Assembly (NCBI GenBank): GCA_002633005.1 | Contig: NMRA01000191.1 | Location: 178,466-242,465 of the forward strand | DNA from: Phoronis australis | Taxonomy: Eukaryota; Animalia; Phoronida | Reading direction: 5' to 3' | Length of the DNA stretch: 64,000 bases | Shown here: positions 1 to 30,100 of the stretch, piece by piece | Layout of the letters: each line of letters opens with the position of its first letter | Numbering within the stretch: position 1 is the first letter of the stretch | The notes under the pieces: model-generated | Told to the model about the DNA's origin: nothing | What the model saw: the letters and a program-made list of their open reading frames with translations, nothing else | Databases searched by the model: none | Program-made: the position numbers and the translations under genes

Positions 1-362
1 ATAAGCCTATGAGTGTGTAGTCGGAAAATGAAAAATTTCAGGCGTGTAAACGTAAAATCATAGTTTTGCTGACTTCGACATTTTTTACTTAAAACTGTTT
101 TTAAATTTTATGTTAATAAATGCATAGTTCGTCAACACCTTGTTCGTCTTTATGAATGATAAATGCTCCACAAAACTGAATTTGTGACAAAAATTGACAC
201 TGAGTGGGCTTGTAAGAGGAAAATTTCCGAATAAAACCCCCACTATCTGGGCACTCGACACCAGAAGTTGTAACACCAAGTAAACGCCCATTAGGCATAA
301 ATTTCCGAATAAACGCACACTAGCGTTTCATCGGGTGGACTTATCTACAGAAAACCCCGGTA
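1..362. mobile_element. TA-flanked MITE, left end cut by the window edge
   Basis: Ends CTTATCTACAGAAAACCCCGG|TA. Positions 1-250 are the reverse complement of ~2650-2957. Confidence 0.7.
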
Positions 363-387
363 ACATCTATAGGAGCATCCGACCTAC

Positions 388-18194
<17,807 letters not shown>

Positions 18195-18320
18195 TCAAGC
18201 AGACGTTGACATAAAATAAAAATGGCGTTTCCTTGAGCCTCTTGAGCGTTCCTTGCTTGTATTTTTCGCGTCCGCGAGACAGTTAAGCTTTCCTGCTTGC
18301 TACTGTTCGAACTTTTTGTC

Positions 18321-18368
18321 GATTTTCTTGAGTTTTGTAATTTTTTTATGTAGTTTTTTATTTTTATA
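18321..18368 (-). promoter_or_regulatory. A-rich 5'UTR tract resembling the PABP autoregulatory sequence
   Basis: Minus strand reads TATAAAAATAAAAAACTACATAAAAAAATTACAAAACTCAAGAAAATCGACAAAAAG, between the putative start site and the ATG. Oligo(A) 5'UTR elements are an established feature of PABP mRNAs. Confidence 0.6.
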
Positions 18369-18425
18369 ACAGGTGCGTTGTGCGACAATTTTCCGTTCAC
18401 ACAAACAACACGTGTATACCTACGA

Positions 18426-18497
18426 CCAAAGAGGAGGAATTAACGGTCGAGTTTAGTTTTATACTACATTTTATTTGTATTTCTACGCATGACGTCA
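18426..18497 (-). promoter_or_regulatory. Putative PABP core promoter: CRE (TGACGTCA 18490-18497), TATAAAA (18457-18463) and pyrimidine TCT/5'TOP-like initiator (TTCCTCCTCTTT, 18428-18439)
   Basis: Motifs read directly on the minus strand. The TATA box lies ~30 nt upstream of the pyrimidine tract. The start site itself is inferred. Confidence 0.55.
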
Positions 18498-19199
18498 GAA
18501 GGTGTAATACGTGAAGTCAGATTAACCAAATTCACAAATTAAATCTCATTATCTTTCGATGCTTTCCTTATTTTGTCTGGCAACTTTTTTTTGACAATAA
18601 TCAACTTGAAAATTTTTGTTCAGTTAGAAATTTCTAGTTAGCCTCTTTACGAATAATGTGTGATACTCATTCACACTAAAGTAGTGCCAAACAGCAACCT
18701 TATATTCGAGAATGGGTTTGGTGCAGAAAATGCATTGTTTCGCCTAGTAGTCCATGTCCTACTCTTTTAATACGTTCCTTTGTTGTATTGCTCATCGAAT
18801 ATTTTCACAGAAATTGGTTTCGCCAACCAAAGTTTTTTTAGTTTTGGCACGTGACCATGTTGCAGCGATGCCGGCGCAGCTTCGTCTTCAAGCCTAAAGA
18901 TGGCGCTGATCGTTTTAGCCATAAAAGTGGCTAAACCGGCCCAAAGCAGACGAAGTGAAGGCTCAGTTTACTGTTCTGGGTCGTTTGGATTCTTTCTGGC
19001 GTAAACAAAGACATTAAGAAAATCATAGTCGAGACTGACAATTTCGAGTTATCGTTGAATTTATGTCAATCTTCGTATTTTGTGCTCTAGCTTTTGCCTG
19101 GCCATATATGATCACCACGGTGTCGGGGGGCCGGGGGGGGGGGGGGGGCCCNTGATGTAGGAATACAACAAACAGAACAAAATAAAATTATCTTTAACA

Positions 19200-19486
19200 T
19201 GTAGAAATCTAGCCTATATGTAATTTTAGAAACTGTGGCATTAGCGCTGAAAACTTCTCACGTTGTGGCCAGCAACGATGCCGTGGTAGCCGTGGTACTA
19301 TGAAAAAATCAAGAATATTTTATGAAGATGTGCATGTGATGTAAAAGTTTCAGCTAAAAGTGTGCTTTATTGACAAAGATATGGAAATTAGACACTCAGC
19401 CAAGCGACTGTACGAACTCGCCTGAGCCAACTGCATGGATTCACGTCATAAAGGGTGTACGAACTCGCAGGGACGGAGCTGGTTAA
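19200..19486. mobile_element. Possible piggyBac-like terminal fragment
   Basis: Ends ...GAGCTGG|TTAA, with a subterminal direct repeat TGTACGAACTCGC at ~19409 and ~19456. The partner end was not found. Confidence 0.35.
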
Positions 19487-22279
19487 GAATTAGTTTAATT
19501 TTAAGCAGAATAGACCGCTTAACCTTGTAATTGCCAATAATTCTCGAGGACTAGTAGGCCTATGGTCGGATAGGCGACTGTGAGAAAGACTTCATGTATT
19601 AATTTGCAAACGTGGTGTAATAAAGTGACGGAGAACACAGATAAGAAGTGTTAGGCCATTGTCAGTAACCATTTTGCACAAAGTGAAATCGATGTAAAAA
19701 CATTTTACAATTTTTTCCGATCAACCAACTTCAAGTGCTGCTACTGCTGTGTTAGCACAGGTCACTTTGCTGAAGTAATGGCCACGGCATCGCAGATCAC
19801 GAATCGCAGTCATACTGAGGATTAGGTATATAACATTGCATGAACACAGGGGTTTGAAATGTTTTAGAGTAAAAAATATCGGGTGCATTCCCAACACTGT
19901 TTTGGAGGAGGGCTGGGAAACCAGTTCAAGCAAATGATATCCTACGAGCAAAAGAGTATGAAAACAAGAGTCCATTTATGACTGAAAAAGTCAAAAGTAG
20001 AGCGAGAAGGCAAAGATGAAGAATACACCGAACGAAAAGAGTGCGAAGGGGATAGAGACAGATTTAGATTGAGAATATAGCAGTAAAAGAAATGTGTGAT
20101 GTCACACCACGCGTGATCGATGCTTTGAAAACAATAGGGAAGTCAAACACCGTTCTTACTGTTTTTAGATGTGGCAGAATTGTTACACTCGACAATATCG
20201 TAACTATCTCGAACGACACTGTAAAGTTTTGGCGAATCGGATACAAACTTAGTCCACCGTACGGAAAAATGAAGATTCATGTACGGGTTCAAGCACTAAA
20301 ATATCGGAATGAAATCTGGCGGAGATCCACTGGAATAGAAAATAAACTTTGCCGTGCCAAACGTTAAGCAACTGCCCACGTCAAAAGTGGATAAGTCATG
20401 AACTTGTTGATGGGGCTCCCAACGCCAGTGCGTGTCAGTTGAGCTTTGACGGCAAGAAGACGAGTCCACTTGGCGAAATGGGGGGAAAGGTCCGCCTCAG
20501 AGGAACAAAACGTCCGAACGGAAAAAGTAGAAAGCGAAACAAAGTCCACTAAAAAGGCAGGAATTCGGCGAATGCACGATTCATAGCTCTGAACGTGCCT
20601 ACTCCGTTTTTTTAGTAAAATGTACACATTCTCAAGAATTCGAGCACCCCTAAATTTTAGTCTGGGTGCGCGCATGTTAAACGTTTTAAAATTTACAATA
20701 TTTCCCATACAAGACCTTGGTTCTACTATAGCAACGGTCTTACGATGGACGTTCTCGAAGCAGCTATGCGGTCAAGGTGGATTCACAATCCACAAAGATT
20801 CCGAAGCATGTTTCAGTTTGGTCACTTTTAAGACTCAGTGGCCCCCACCAACGGGGTGGGTCAGTGGCCGTAGGTGCTTGACAGAGTCCTTGACTGACAA
20901 GTGTCTTGGCCAGGCATGCCCGTATTGCAACATATATACGAGACAATAGACGCAAAATTGTGATCAGCGAACTTTTTACGCTCCCCCCCCCCCCCGGCCC
21001 CCTCAAACCCACATCAGTCCCGTTGGCACTATGCGAACTGAGTAGCCGCTGTGCGTGAAAATGTATCTTCTCTAAAGTCTTATGCTTCTTGGGGCCTCTC
21101 GGAGGAGGAATTAAGCAAATATTGGTAAACAATTGATGAGATTACCAAAAATAGAATGAGTCAAATAAGTTCCGGCGCCTGATAAACTAAACGATGAGTA
21201 GCAAGTTTAACGCGTTTAATTCGCAGTCGACAATACAACGAGACGGGACCGTAAGGGCTCTGACCAAACATAGTCGTATGAATAAGAATGCACTGGCGCG
21301 GGTCAAAATGACAGTGAGGAGAGGCAGGTAGGGGCTCACCGACATTGAGTGGCATGACAGTGGGAGTTGTTCATTGCTGAACAACTGCTGCAAGAGACTA
21401 CCGGATAGACCCCGGTGATGGAGTACGCGGCTAATGTCGTTGCTCTTAGTCGCCTCCCACGGCGTAGGAAAATGGGGCGTATTACCCAGGCGTCATGCTC
21501 ACACTTAAGGTCCCTCGCCGTCGAGACTAATTTCCTGAGGAAGAAGTGAACCCCTTAATGCTTGGTACCACAAAATAAACCTGACCACCTGTACTAACTA
21601 CAATCGGTACAACTGCGATTCAATGAGAAAGGAACAGAATTACAATAGATCAGAAAAATACAGCTCGTGAGAAAACAGTCGGGTTCATAATGAAAACGAT
21701 TGTGTACGTGGTCCGTGATGTCAGGAGGACAATTTTTATCCTGCACTTGGAAATTTGAAAATAAGCCATTGGTCACGGGCAGTGGGGCGGGTAGACCCGT
21801 CTATTTATTTTGCTTACGGCCTTGGCAAAAGTCAGTCTACGCTGAAATCAATAAACTGGTTGTTTGTTGTTCAGCGACACCAAATATCAATTTATTTTGA
21901 TCAATATAACCAGTCATCAATATCCAGCTTCGTAAATGATACGCTGACCGTATGCAACAAGAAATCACCTGGACATGGGCCCTACAAAATGACATTTAAT
22001 GCTTTCACGGCAAACAACCCGCGAAATGCTATTAACCATTTGCCTATCACAGATTTTCAAAATAACCAAAAACAGTAGTGCCTGACGAAGCATGGCAAAG
22101 TTGTTATCCCACCCCTTGATAGTAAACGCGTGCAGGAAATCAGTTGAGTTCGGTAATTTGTTGTCAAGACAAGAAAACAATAACAGTGGCTGACCGTTCG
22201 ATCATGATCAACCATTGACAGTCAACATAACGACACGAAAGCATGCTCACTAAAACTTCTCCTCAACATTAAATTTAAG

Positions 22280-23410
22280 GTAAGTTAAGACTTTCCACAA
22301 GGTTTCATTCAGATTTTGTGTAAACTATTACCATGTTTTTGCACTTAGCCAAATATCCGCAGACGTAGAGAATCAACCCTGAATTACTAAGTGTGTAGAT
22401 TTTAACTTTGGACTTAGATTAATCTGACCTTGATTGAGTTATGTGATCGTGCCTTTTTAGTTAAATTTAGCAAACGGAACAATCATAAGAAATCTGCCAG
22501 TAACATGATCAGGTTTCTTCTAAAAAACGCACAATTATTCTAAATTTTGTTTTCAATGCACATTTAAAAGTTTCATTATCGTAACAACTGTCTATGAAAT
22601 TTAAAAAATGCATCGCGAGGGTTTAGGGAAGATTGCATAAAACTTGGGACATGAAAGTTAATATGAACCTGACCAGACATTCATGAGAAAGCTGTTTTTC
22701 CCTGATTAGGTATAACCTAATGCACTTATGCCACTAATATGAACTAGATATATTTTAACTGAAAATGTATAATTTCTGAGAAAAAAAGTTATCACAACTA
22801 GAAAATACAGTCGAGCTCTTCTCGTATTCGGCTGAAACCAACGTTTTTTGGGTCAGTTGACGCCATTAGGCTAGAGAAGATCTATGTCTTGAGTTAATGA
22901 TGCGTCACCATGCACGCAATAAGGATGATTTGAAAGAAGTAAAATAAATCGTAAGAAATAAATTAAGTTTTTAAACATCTTACGATATTTTCTGTGTATC
23001 AACAAAGTCGCCTCATTTCCAAAAACACTTGCGCAGTTACACGTTTGTGTTCTGATTTCTGGAGTGTATTTCCACGGACCTAAAGACACTGAAATGGCAG
23101 ACTCAAAAGTGTTTGGAAGGTAGGTCCACTGGACCTCAGTCTTATAGAAAAGTGGGAGCCCTAACTTCCCTCAAGTCGAACCTGCTGTCGCAGTGGACCT
23201 GGCTACCGATCAGCTTCTTTCCTCTTCTCGATAGATCGCCACACCATCACATTAAAGCGACATGGATCTCATTCCGTTTAAATTTCCAAATGGATAATCT
23301 GGACCTTAAATTTGAAAACAATTCAACCATTCTGTTTATCAGATAAAACGACTTGCCGTTAAGATTCATTTCACTCCGTCAATTGGTAAATTTATGCTAA
23401 TCTTTTGCAG
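22280..23410 (+). other. Putative 5'UTR intron of the coiled-coil gene
   Basis: Consensus donor AAG|GTAAGT at 22279/22280 and acceptor ttttgcag ending at 23410. Their pairing is inferred. Confidence 0.5.
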
Positions 23411-23414
23411 GAAA

Positions 23415-26400
23415 ATGGCGGAAGCGGATGTCACAGTTATTCGAGCAACCTCTCAAAAGTTGCGACAACGAACACGCACTGTCCCGGCCCACACTAAAAC
23501 CTTGGAAGGAACAAACGCTCAATTTCATTCGCAGCTTCGTAAACGAGAACAACAAATACTAGAACTAGACACAGAACTTCAGTCGAAACAAAATTTCACA
23601 GACTGTTTGCTGCTGATCCAACGATTTTACGAGGAAACTACCAAAGTGAAGAGAAAAGAAAGGGATCGTTGGTGGAAAAGATGCGAAGTCCTCGTCAGTG
23701 ATTTTCTCACCATTACAAATCATTTCACAAATCTTGGCGAGGAAACAATCAACGCCTGTCATCCCATTAAGCACGGGATAATTAAGTTACAGACGTTTTT
23801 TACACAATCAATCTTTGCCGAGCTCACAGAAGAGAAAACCCTACTTGAGGCACAGATTGAAAAATTGAAGAACTACGAAGAGAAATTTGATAGTGTGAAA
23901 AATCGAGATACCATCAAAGATGAAATACGAAATGTTGATGGGCGATTGGAATATGTGAACGGGAAAACTCGAGAATTTGAAGAGCTGTTAAAGAGCTCCC
24001 TCTTAGCAATAAAAGACAAACGAATTCCCAAGTTATGCTCCATTGACATGGAAACTACGCGAGAGGAACTCGTCAGGCACTCTAAAAGGGCGCAACAAGA
24101 GCTTCGTGAGTTGTTAGATCAAAAATCTCGCGAGAATCCAGCCATGGCACAGAGGTTGTTGAAACTCATGGATGAAAATAAAAGACTAGTTAATCAACTC
24201 AAAGAAGTGAGCAACACGAGTGCAGAAAAATCTCAGCAACATACGCACGAAGTTAAAAAATTACAACACACAATTGGCGAATTAAAGGAGACGATAAGAA
24301 AGCGTGAACACGACCAAGAGCTTATTGAAGACCTGAATAGAATCACAAATGTTAATGCTGGTTTATTGAAGGAGGTATCAGAACTGAAAGAGTTTAAGGA
24401 CGTCGTTGTAGAAGAACTGAAAGAAACCAAGTTGCTTTTAAAGAACACTGCGAATGAAAACGACGAACTAAAAAACATCATGGAAGGGATTAATAAAAAA
24501 GACGGGGAAATTATGCAAACGAAGGATGATCTTGAAAATGAAATAAAAAACTTGAATGAAGCTGCCATCAAGAGTCGAGAACAAGTAGTGAACACAGAAT
24601 TGAAGATGAAGTATTTATTAGCCGACTTTAACCAAGTAAGGACAGAAAATGCTCTTTGGGAAAGACAAATTAAAAACCATGGAAATATAGTTCAAGGGTT
24701 AGAGCGACGAATCGAGGATTTAACAAAAGCATTGACGAAAGAATCAGATACCGTCAAGAAAGAACAAAATGAATGTCTCAGAGTGACAATTGAAATGCGA
24801 AAACTTCAGCTAGACCACGAACGATTAGAAATGGACTTTAAGCAAGCGTCTTCACAGCTTGCCAAGGCAACTTCCGACTTGGAAGAACAAAAGGTTTTAT
24901 GGGACAAAGACAAAGAGGAAGCTTCCAGCATGAGAAAAGAAATAAAGGGTTTGGTTTCAAAATCAAAAATTCTTCAAAATGACCTAGAGGTGCAGCAAGA
25001 AGAAAATGCCTTGCTTACAGCGAATGTCAAACGCTTGAAGACAAATGAAGAAGAATTGAGAGCCTCTTTACAGGAAGAGAAAGATACGTTCTCATACTTA
25101 AAAGAGACAAATCAGCAAAGCCAAAGGGAAATCGACTCTCTGCGAAATGAAGTTGATGCATTGAGCAAGTGCAAACTTGAGTTAGACCAAAGAGTGTTGA
25201 AACTCCGACACGAACTGGATTCAACCTCAAGTTCACTTCAGAAAGAACGCAACAACCACACCACTGCTCTTGAAGAAAAGTCTCAAAAGCAAGCCATGGT
25301 CGACGAGTTAAATATCAAAAGTTCAGCGCTAGAAAGGAAACTCGACACAGTAACAACACGTAAGGATGAACTCGTCACAGAACTGGATGATACTGTGAAA
25401 TTATTGGAAAATGAAAGAGAAAAGAATAGACGGATAGTAGATGAAAACAGACAAGCAGTAGTATGGAAAGGCAAACTGGAAGAAACGGAAGGACTATACA
25501 TGAGAGAGCAAATCAAAGGAGAACATCTTGAAAGGGAAAATGAGGAGTTGATGGCCAAAATCCAGAAGTTGGAAGCTGAGCTTAACGAATCCGATTACGA
25601 GCTTAAATCTAAACTCAAAACCGTTGAAACGCTGACTAGCCGTCTAGAAGAGCTTCGCGAAAAGTATGACAAAATGACATTAGAGGCAAAACAGCTGGAC
25701 GAAAAGAACAAAGAGCTGTTGAGCGACAAAAGTGCTCTTACCAAGCAGAAAACGGAAAACAACCAGAAAAAGAAGGAACTCGCCACTGAAATCAAGGAGC
25801 TGAATCAACAGTTGCAAAGGGAAAAGGAAAGAGCCAATAAATTGCAACAAGAAAAGTACGGTCTTCAAGCTGAAAACGCTAACTATCGATCACAGAGAGA
25901 TGAGGCACTATATAAACATAACGACGGTCATCGTTCATTGACTAACGAAATATCGAATCTGAAAACAGAACTCAACAAGGAGAAGTTACAAAATGAAACT
26001 TTAACGGCCGAATCAAAATCCCTGAGAACGAAAGTATCCAGTAACGAAGATACCATAAAGCAACTGAAAAACGAGTTGGAGAAAACTAAGACGACTTTAA
26101 CAGAAAGTGTTGCATTGGTTCGTCGCCTTGAGACGGATCAAAAGCAAGCGGATATGCAAGATGAGTCTAAAATTAACTCTGACAAGCTAGAGATTCAGGA
26201 TCTGAAAGACAAAAACAAAGAGTTGAAAACGAGTTTGAGAACACTGGAGAGAGACAAGAAGAAATTCGAAACTGAAGCCAACCAACTTTTAAGTAAATTG
26301 GAGACCAGCCAGAAACTTTATAAAGACTCGGACAGCAGGACAGGGAAGCTCAAGGGCGAGTACGATAAAACTAAAGAGTTACTGCAGACAGAGAAGGACC

Positions 26401-27113
26401 GAGCAAGCAAACTGGTTAATGAGGTACAGAAATTGCAGAACGATCTGAAAGAATTGCGGAAACAGAAGAATAATGCGGATAAATCGGTGACGGGAGTAGA
26501 AAATAGCATTAAAGAACTCGAGGGCAAGGTAAAAAGTGCGGAAGACGAAAACAATAAACTGAAAAACGAGACAACCAAGTTGGAACAGACAATAAAGAAA
26601 AAGTCCACGGATTTACAGAAGTTAGAAACAAACAAGAAGGAGCACGAAAAGACCATTTCGAAACTAACGGAGCAGTTGGAAGCAGAAAAGAACAAACAAG
26701 CTGAAAGTGGCACGAAACAAAGTGAACTACAAAAGGCGTTTGACAAACAAAAGCAGGAATTACAAGGTGAAATTTTGAAAGTACAGGAGACATCCAAGGA
26801 GGAAAAACAGAAATTACAACATGACATTGATAGATTGTCCAAAAATGTGAAAGATCTGGAGGAGAAAAACAGGGTCGTGGAGGAGAAGATAAATGCCGAG
26901 GAAGAAAAAGTCAAGAAACTCACGGGATACATTGAGGATGCAAAATCGCTTTACAAGAAAGCTAAGGAGAAAATTGCCGAACTGACAAAAGAGACGAAAG
27001 AACAAAACGAGGCCAATACACAACTGAAGGAGGAGTTGCAGAAAAAGATGGGTGAAATGAAAAAATTGCAGACTATTATGGCAATGATGAAAGGTGGCAT
27101 GAAGAAGCAGTGA
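23415..27113 (+). CDS. Uncharacterised long coiled-coil protein (~1232 aa), single coding exon
   Basis: Uninterrupted 3.7-kb ORF, rich in K/E/L/Q with heptad character and no proline in the last ~990 aa. An acceptor tcttttgcag|G lies at 23410/23411, followed by AAAATGG in good Kozak context. The track's start at 23394 would lie in the intron. Confidence 0.88.
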   Translation: MAEADVTVIRATSQKLRQRTRTVPAHTKTLEGTNAQFHSQLRKREQQILELDTELQSKQNFTDCLLLIQRFYEETTKVKRKERDRWWKRCEVLVSDFLTITNHFTNLGEETINACHPIKHGIIKLQTFFTQSIFAELTEEKTLLEAQIEKLKNYEEKFDSVKNRDTIKDEIRNVDGRLEYVNGKTREFEELLKSSLLAIKDKRIPKLCSIDMETTREELVRHSKRAQQELRELLDQKSRENPAMAQRLLKLMDENKRLVNQLKEVSNTSAEKSQQHTHEVKKLQHTIGELKETIRKREHDQELIEDLNRITNVNAGLLKEVSELKEFKDVVVEELKETKLLLKNTANENDELKNIMEGINKKDGEIMQTKDDLENEIKNLNEAAIKSREQVVNTELKMKYLLADFNQVRTENALWERQIKNHGNIVQGLERRIEDLTKALTKESDTVKKEQNECLRVTIEMRKLQLDHERLEMDFKQASSQLAKATSDLEEQKVLWDKDKEEASSMRKEIKGLVSKSKILQNDLEVQQEENALLTANVKRLKTNEEELRASLQEEKDTFSYLKETNQQSQREIDSLRNEVDALSKCKLELDQRVLKLRHELDSTSSSLQKERNNHTTALEEKSQKQAMVDELNIKSSALERKLDTVTTRKDELVTELDDTVKLLENEREKNRRIVDENRQAVVWKGKLEETEGLYMREQIKGEHLERENEELMAKIQKLEAELNESDYELKSKLKTVETLTSRLEELREKYDKMTLEAKQLDEKNKELLSDKSALTKQKTENNQKKKELATEIKELNQQLQREKERANKLQQEKYGLQAENANYRSQRDEALYKHNDGHRSLTNEISNLKTELNKEKLQNETLTAESKSLRTKVSSNEDTIKQLKNELEKTKTTLTESVALVRRLETDQKQADMQDESKINSDKLEIQDLKDKNKELKTSLRTLERDKKKFETEANQLLSKLETSQKLYKDSDSRTGKLKGEYDKTKELLQTEKDRASKLVNEVQKLQNDLKELRKQKNNADKSVTGVENSIKELEGKVKSAEDENNKLKNETTKLEQTIKKKSTDLQKLETNKKEHEKTISKLTEQLEAEKNKQAESGTKQSELQKAFDKQKQELQGEILKVQETSKEEKQKLQHDIDRLSKNVKDLEEKNRVVEEKINAEEEKVKKLTGYIEDAKSLYKKAKEKIAELTKETKEQNEANTQLKEELQKKMGEMKKLQTIMAMMKGGMKKQ

Positions 27114-30100
27114 TAGGAGCAAAGGTTCCCTTGGAAGGTCGGCTTGGAAACACCAATGTTCGATGAAAACGTGTCATTCGTCACAACCACGGACAACACT
27201 TGAAAAGCAGACCAATCCATCTTCAGATTGAAATGTGAAAAACACGAATTTATAATTAATGAACACTCAGGTTTGGGGTGCTCAGCGCATGTTTGTTTCT
27301 AACCAGATAGGCCTAGCAAAGCCTTAGTAAAATAAGAAAACGCGAGTTCAATCAAGCAAATGTAAGCCCGGTCAAATGATAGGTGAATCGGCCTTTTCGT
27401 GCTGTGTTACGTCACCGCGAGTTCCCTTTACAAACAACGAAAGGCCGCTAACATAGTTATATTGAATGGGGGTCTGAAGAGAACACCACTGCGTGGTTAT
27501 TCGCAGAAGTGTTTCAAGTCGGTGATTCTCGCGGTGACGTCGACAAAAGCAAGCCAATACGCCTAACAGTTCGTTACATTTGGCAATTTATGGCACTAGA
27601 GGGCTAAAAGCGAAGCTCTTAACATACTGTAGGAACCAAGTTTACAGGTGTTACCGGTGAAGATAGGCTTTAACCCCTAATGTATTCGCTTTCAGTGATT
27701 TTGTTAGTAAAATTAGTACTGTAAAATCTCCAATTTCGGACACAACTTATTTCTTTACTGGAAGTAATATAATTGTATTTTTCGGTTTTTAAAGCTTCTA
27801 AAATTGTGAATGTCGTAGTGTTTCAAATGTAGTCAGATCCTATGGTACAGAACTTGAACAAAGAAAAACATTAATTTGGTGCTACGTTCTGTTATGGAAA
27901 AATGAGAATCTTTCACTTGTCGACCACATTGCGTACCATTAACCCTGGAGATCTTCATCACCTAGCTGGTCGAATTACCGAATATTTATGCAATACGCGT
28001 GTATTTTTGCAAGATATTCAATTAGACAAAATCCAATTAACATTTCTGCATACACATGTTTTCAAAAATTGATTACCGATAGTTGTTGCACAACCACTGG
28101 TGTAATGTTACACATTCATGCCACGAGAATAGTGTTTACAAACCTTGCTAGGCCAGGTACTTTACCCTAGCCAAGCAACAAGTCAGGCCTATACACAAAG
28201 ACCTAACCGAGATAATTGAGCGTGTAAATCTTTGTTAGAAAGTACTGTGTCTGTAATTATTTCCACTAGATTAGGTTTACTGCATTGGAGACACAAAAGA
28301 GTATGGGAATGTGCTGTCTGCAGGTGATGGGGGTGAGTGGGGTGTAATTTGTAAAGCATGTTTATTTTTAACTATGCACACAACTGATTAGTATGCAAAG
28401 TGTAATGAAATATGCACGGAAATTTTATTGTATTATTTTTATATTTGACTGAACAACATAAAACTTATTAGTTCGTCTTGCACAATTAATTAACAATAAA
28501 CATTCACCATAACAACTTGTACCGAATATATACATAAAAGGGATTATATCACATTTCACAATAGGACAGCATTTGATTCAATCATGTCAACCAATGACAT
28601 CTTTGAAAACTGTGAAGTACCAGTAGTATGTTTGAAACCAGAAATGACTCTTTCATACATTATAATCCGACCAAAACGGCTACAGGCAGTGATATCTTTT
28701 CTAGAATATTCATGCCAAATGTTGGAAGACTACCAATACATTTAGTTAACGGACAAAAAGTCAACTAACACCCTAATGTAAACAATATCAAGTTAGGTGC
28801 CACATCCTAAACTTAAAGTCAATAACAAAAATTACTGCAAAATAATTTATAATGAACCTTTGAAGAATGATATAATCCTATAAATTTTCTTAAGCCCAGA
28901 CAACGAATTCGATTTTTTGTATACTATTTTGTACAATAACAACGTGAGTGTGTCAGTAGTGGTTCAAAAGTGGTATATGACTGCTGAAGTCAGTCGAAAA
29001 TTGGAGCAAAATAGGTATGCTCTATTTCAGTCCATTAGTCGTATATTAAGACTTTCTTAACTTGAGTCAGAAAGCATGTCTACTAACTTCATTTGGATGT
29101 GTTTGGCAATCGACTGCAAAGTCATAAACAGCAAATTGGAGTGTGCGGACAGGACTTTGCACAGCAAATACAGCAGTTGATGTCTTTGTCCATTCATAGA
29201 TCACTTAGCAAAAACATAAATTTTGAGGCTCTGTTCTATCACATGTCCGCCATTTCTACTATTTCTAACACCTCATCAACTTCCATACCAAAGCATGTAC
29301 ACAACAGTTCACCACAATTCAAGCACAAAACACTTCAACACAGTTTGGCAGTAAGTTGAGAGTTTTTGGCTCGCACAATATACATAGCTCTTGTTCCTCA
29401 ATCAATTAAAAGTGATATCAACTACTTAGGCAATATTTAAGTCTGGCATTTATAGTTGTTTAATATCAAAAGTATGACTGAAGTTAATAAATCTTACATT
29501 CAACAAACATTGATAACCTAACTCTGAATTGTATCAAGGCCAAAGACAGTAACTTACCTAAAATTACTTATCAACCCAAAAGCTGACGAAAATTGGGAAC
29601 ACATTATCCTTATTAAACTTGCATTAAATTGGAATCTTACTTATCTTTGATCTCATAATATAATACTCCCGGCAACACACAAATCAAACTTCATCCTCAA
29701 ATTCATAGTTCGATAGTCTATGGCTAATGCTTTCACATCAATGTTGAATTTTTGAGTTGATTCAAAATCACATGCAGGGTTATTGAGTTACATTTCACAG
29801 AAAGCCAAAACTACAGTAAAACGTCCAACAGAAGCATTCTCCAGGCCCAAGTTTTACTTGAAACCTGGCATTTATCCATTACGCAGAAACCACAGGGTAA
29901 AAAAGCACCTTTGTCAATGGTCTGCACCAAGATCATGAGCGTCTCCAACTAGGCTACTATAGGAGATCGGGAATTTATTAATTCCTGCACAACTGATGCC
30001 TGGGCTATTAGAAGACACAGGTGACTACTGGAGATGTGGAATCTAACACAGCTCTAAAGTAAGCTTAAGCCCAGAAACTATACAGATTGTGGCGATCTAA

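Noticed and set aside
19721-22180. Cluster of 60-120-aa ORFs between PABP and the coiled-coil gene
   Set aside because: No recognisable domain or consistent exon chain; 21400-21580 may be a SINE/LINE remnant, but I cannot support a call
23394-23414. ORF-track start MLIFCRK
   Set aside because: Overlaps a polypyrimidine tract and AG acceptor; the ATG at 23415 has better context
23565-27220. Many minus-strand ORFs (F/S/L/C-rich, up to 204 aa)
   Set aside because: Antisense shadows of the K/E-rich coiled-coil ORF
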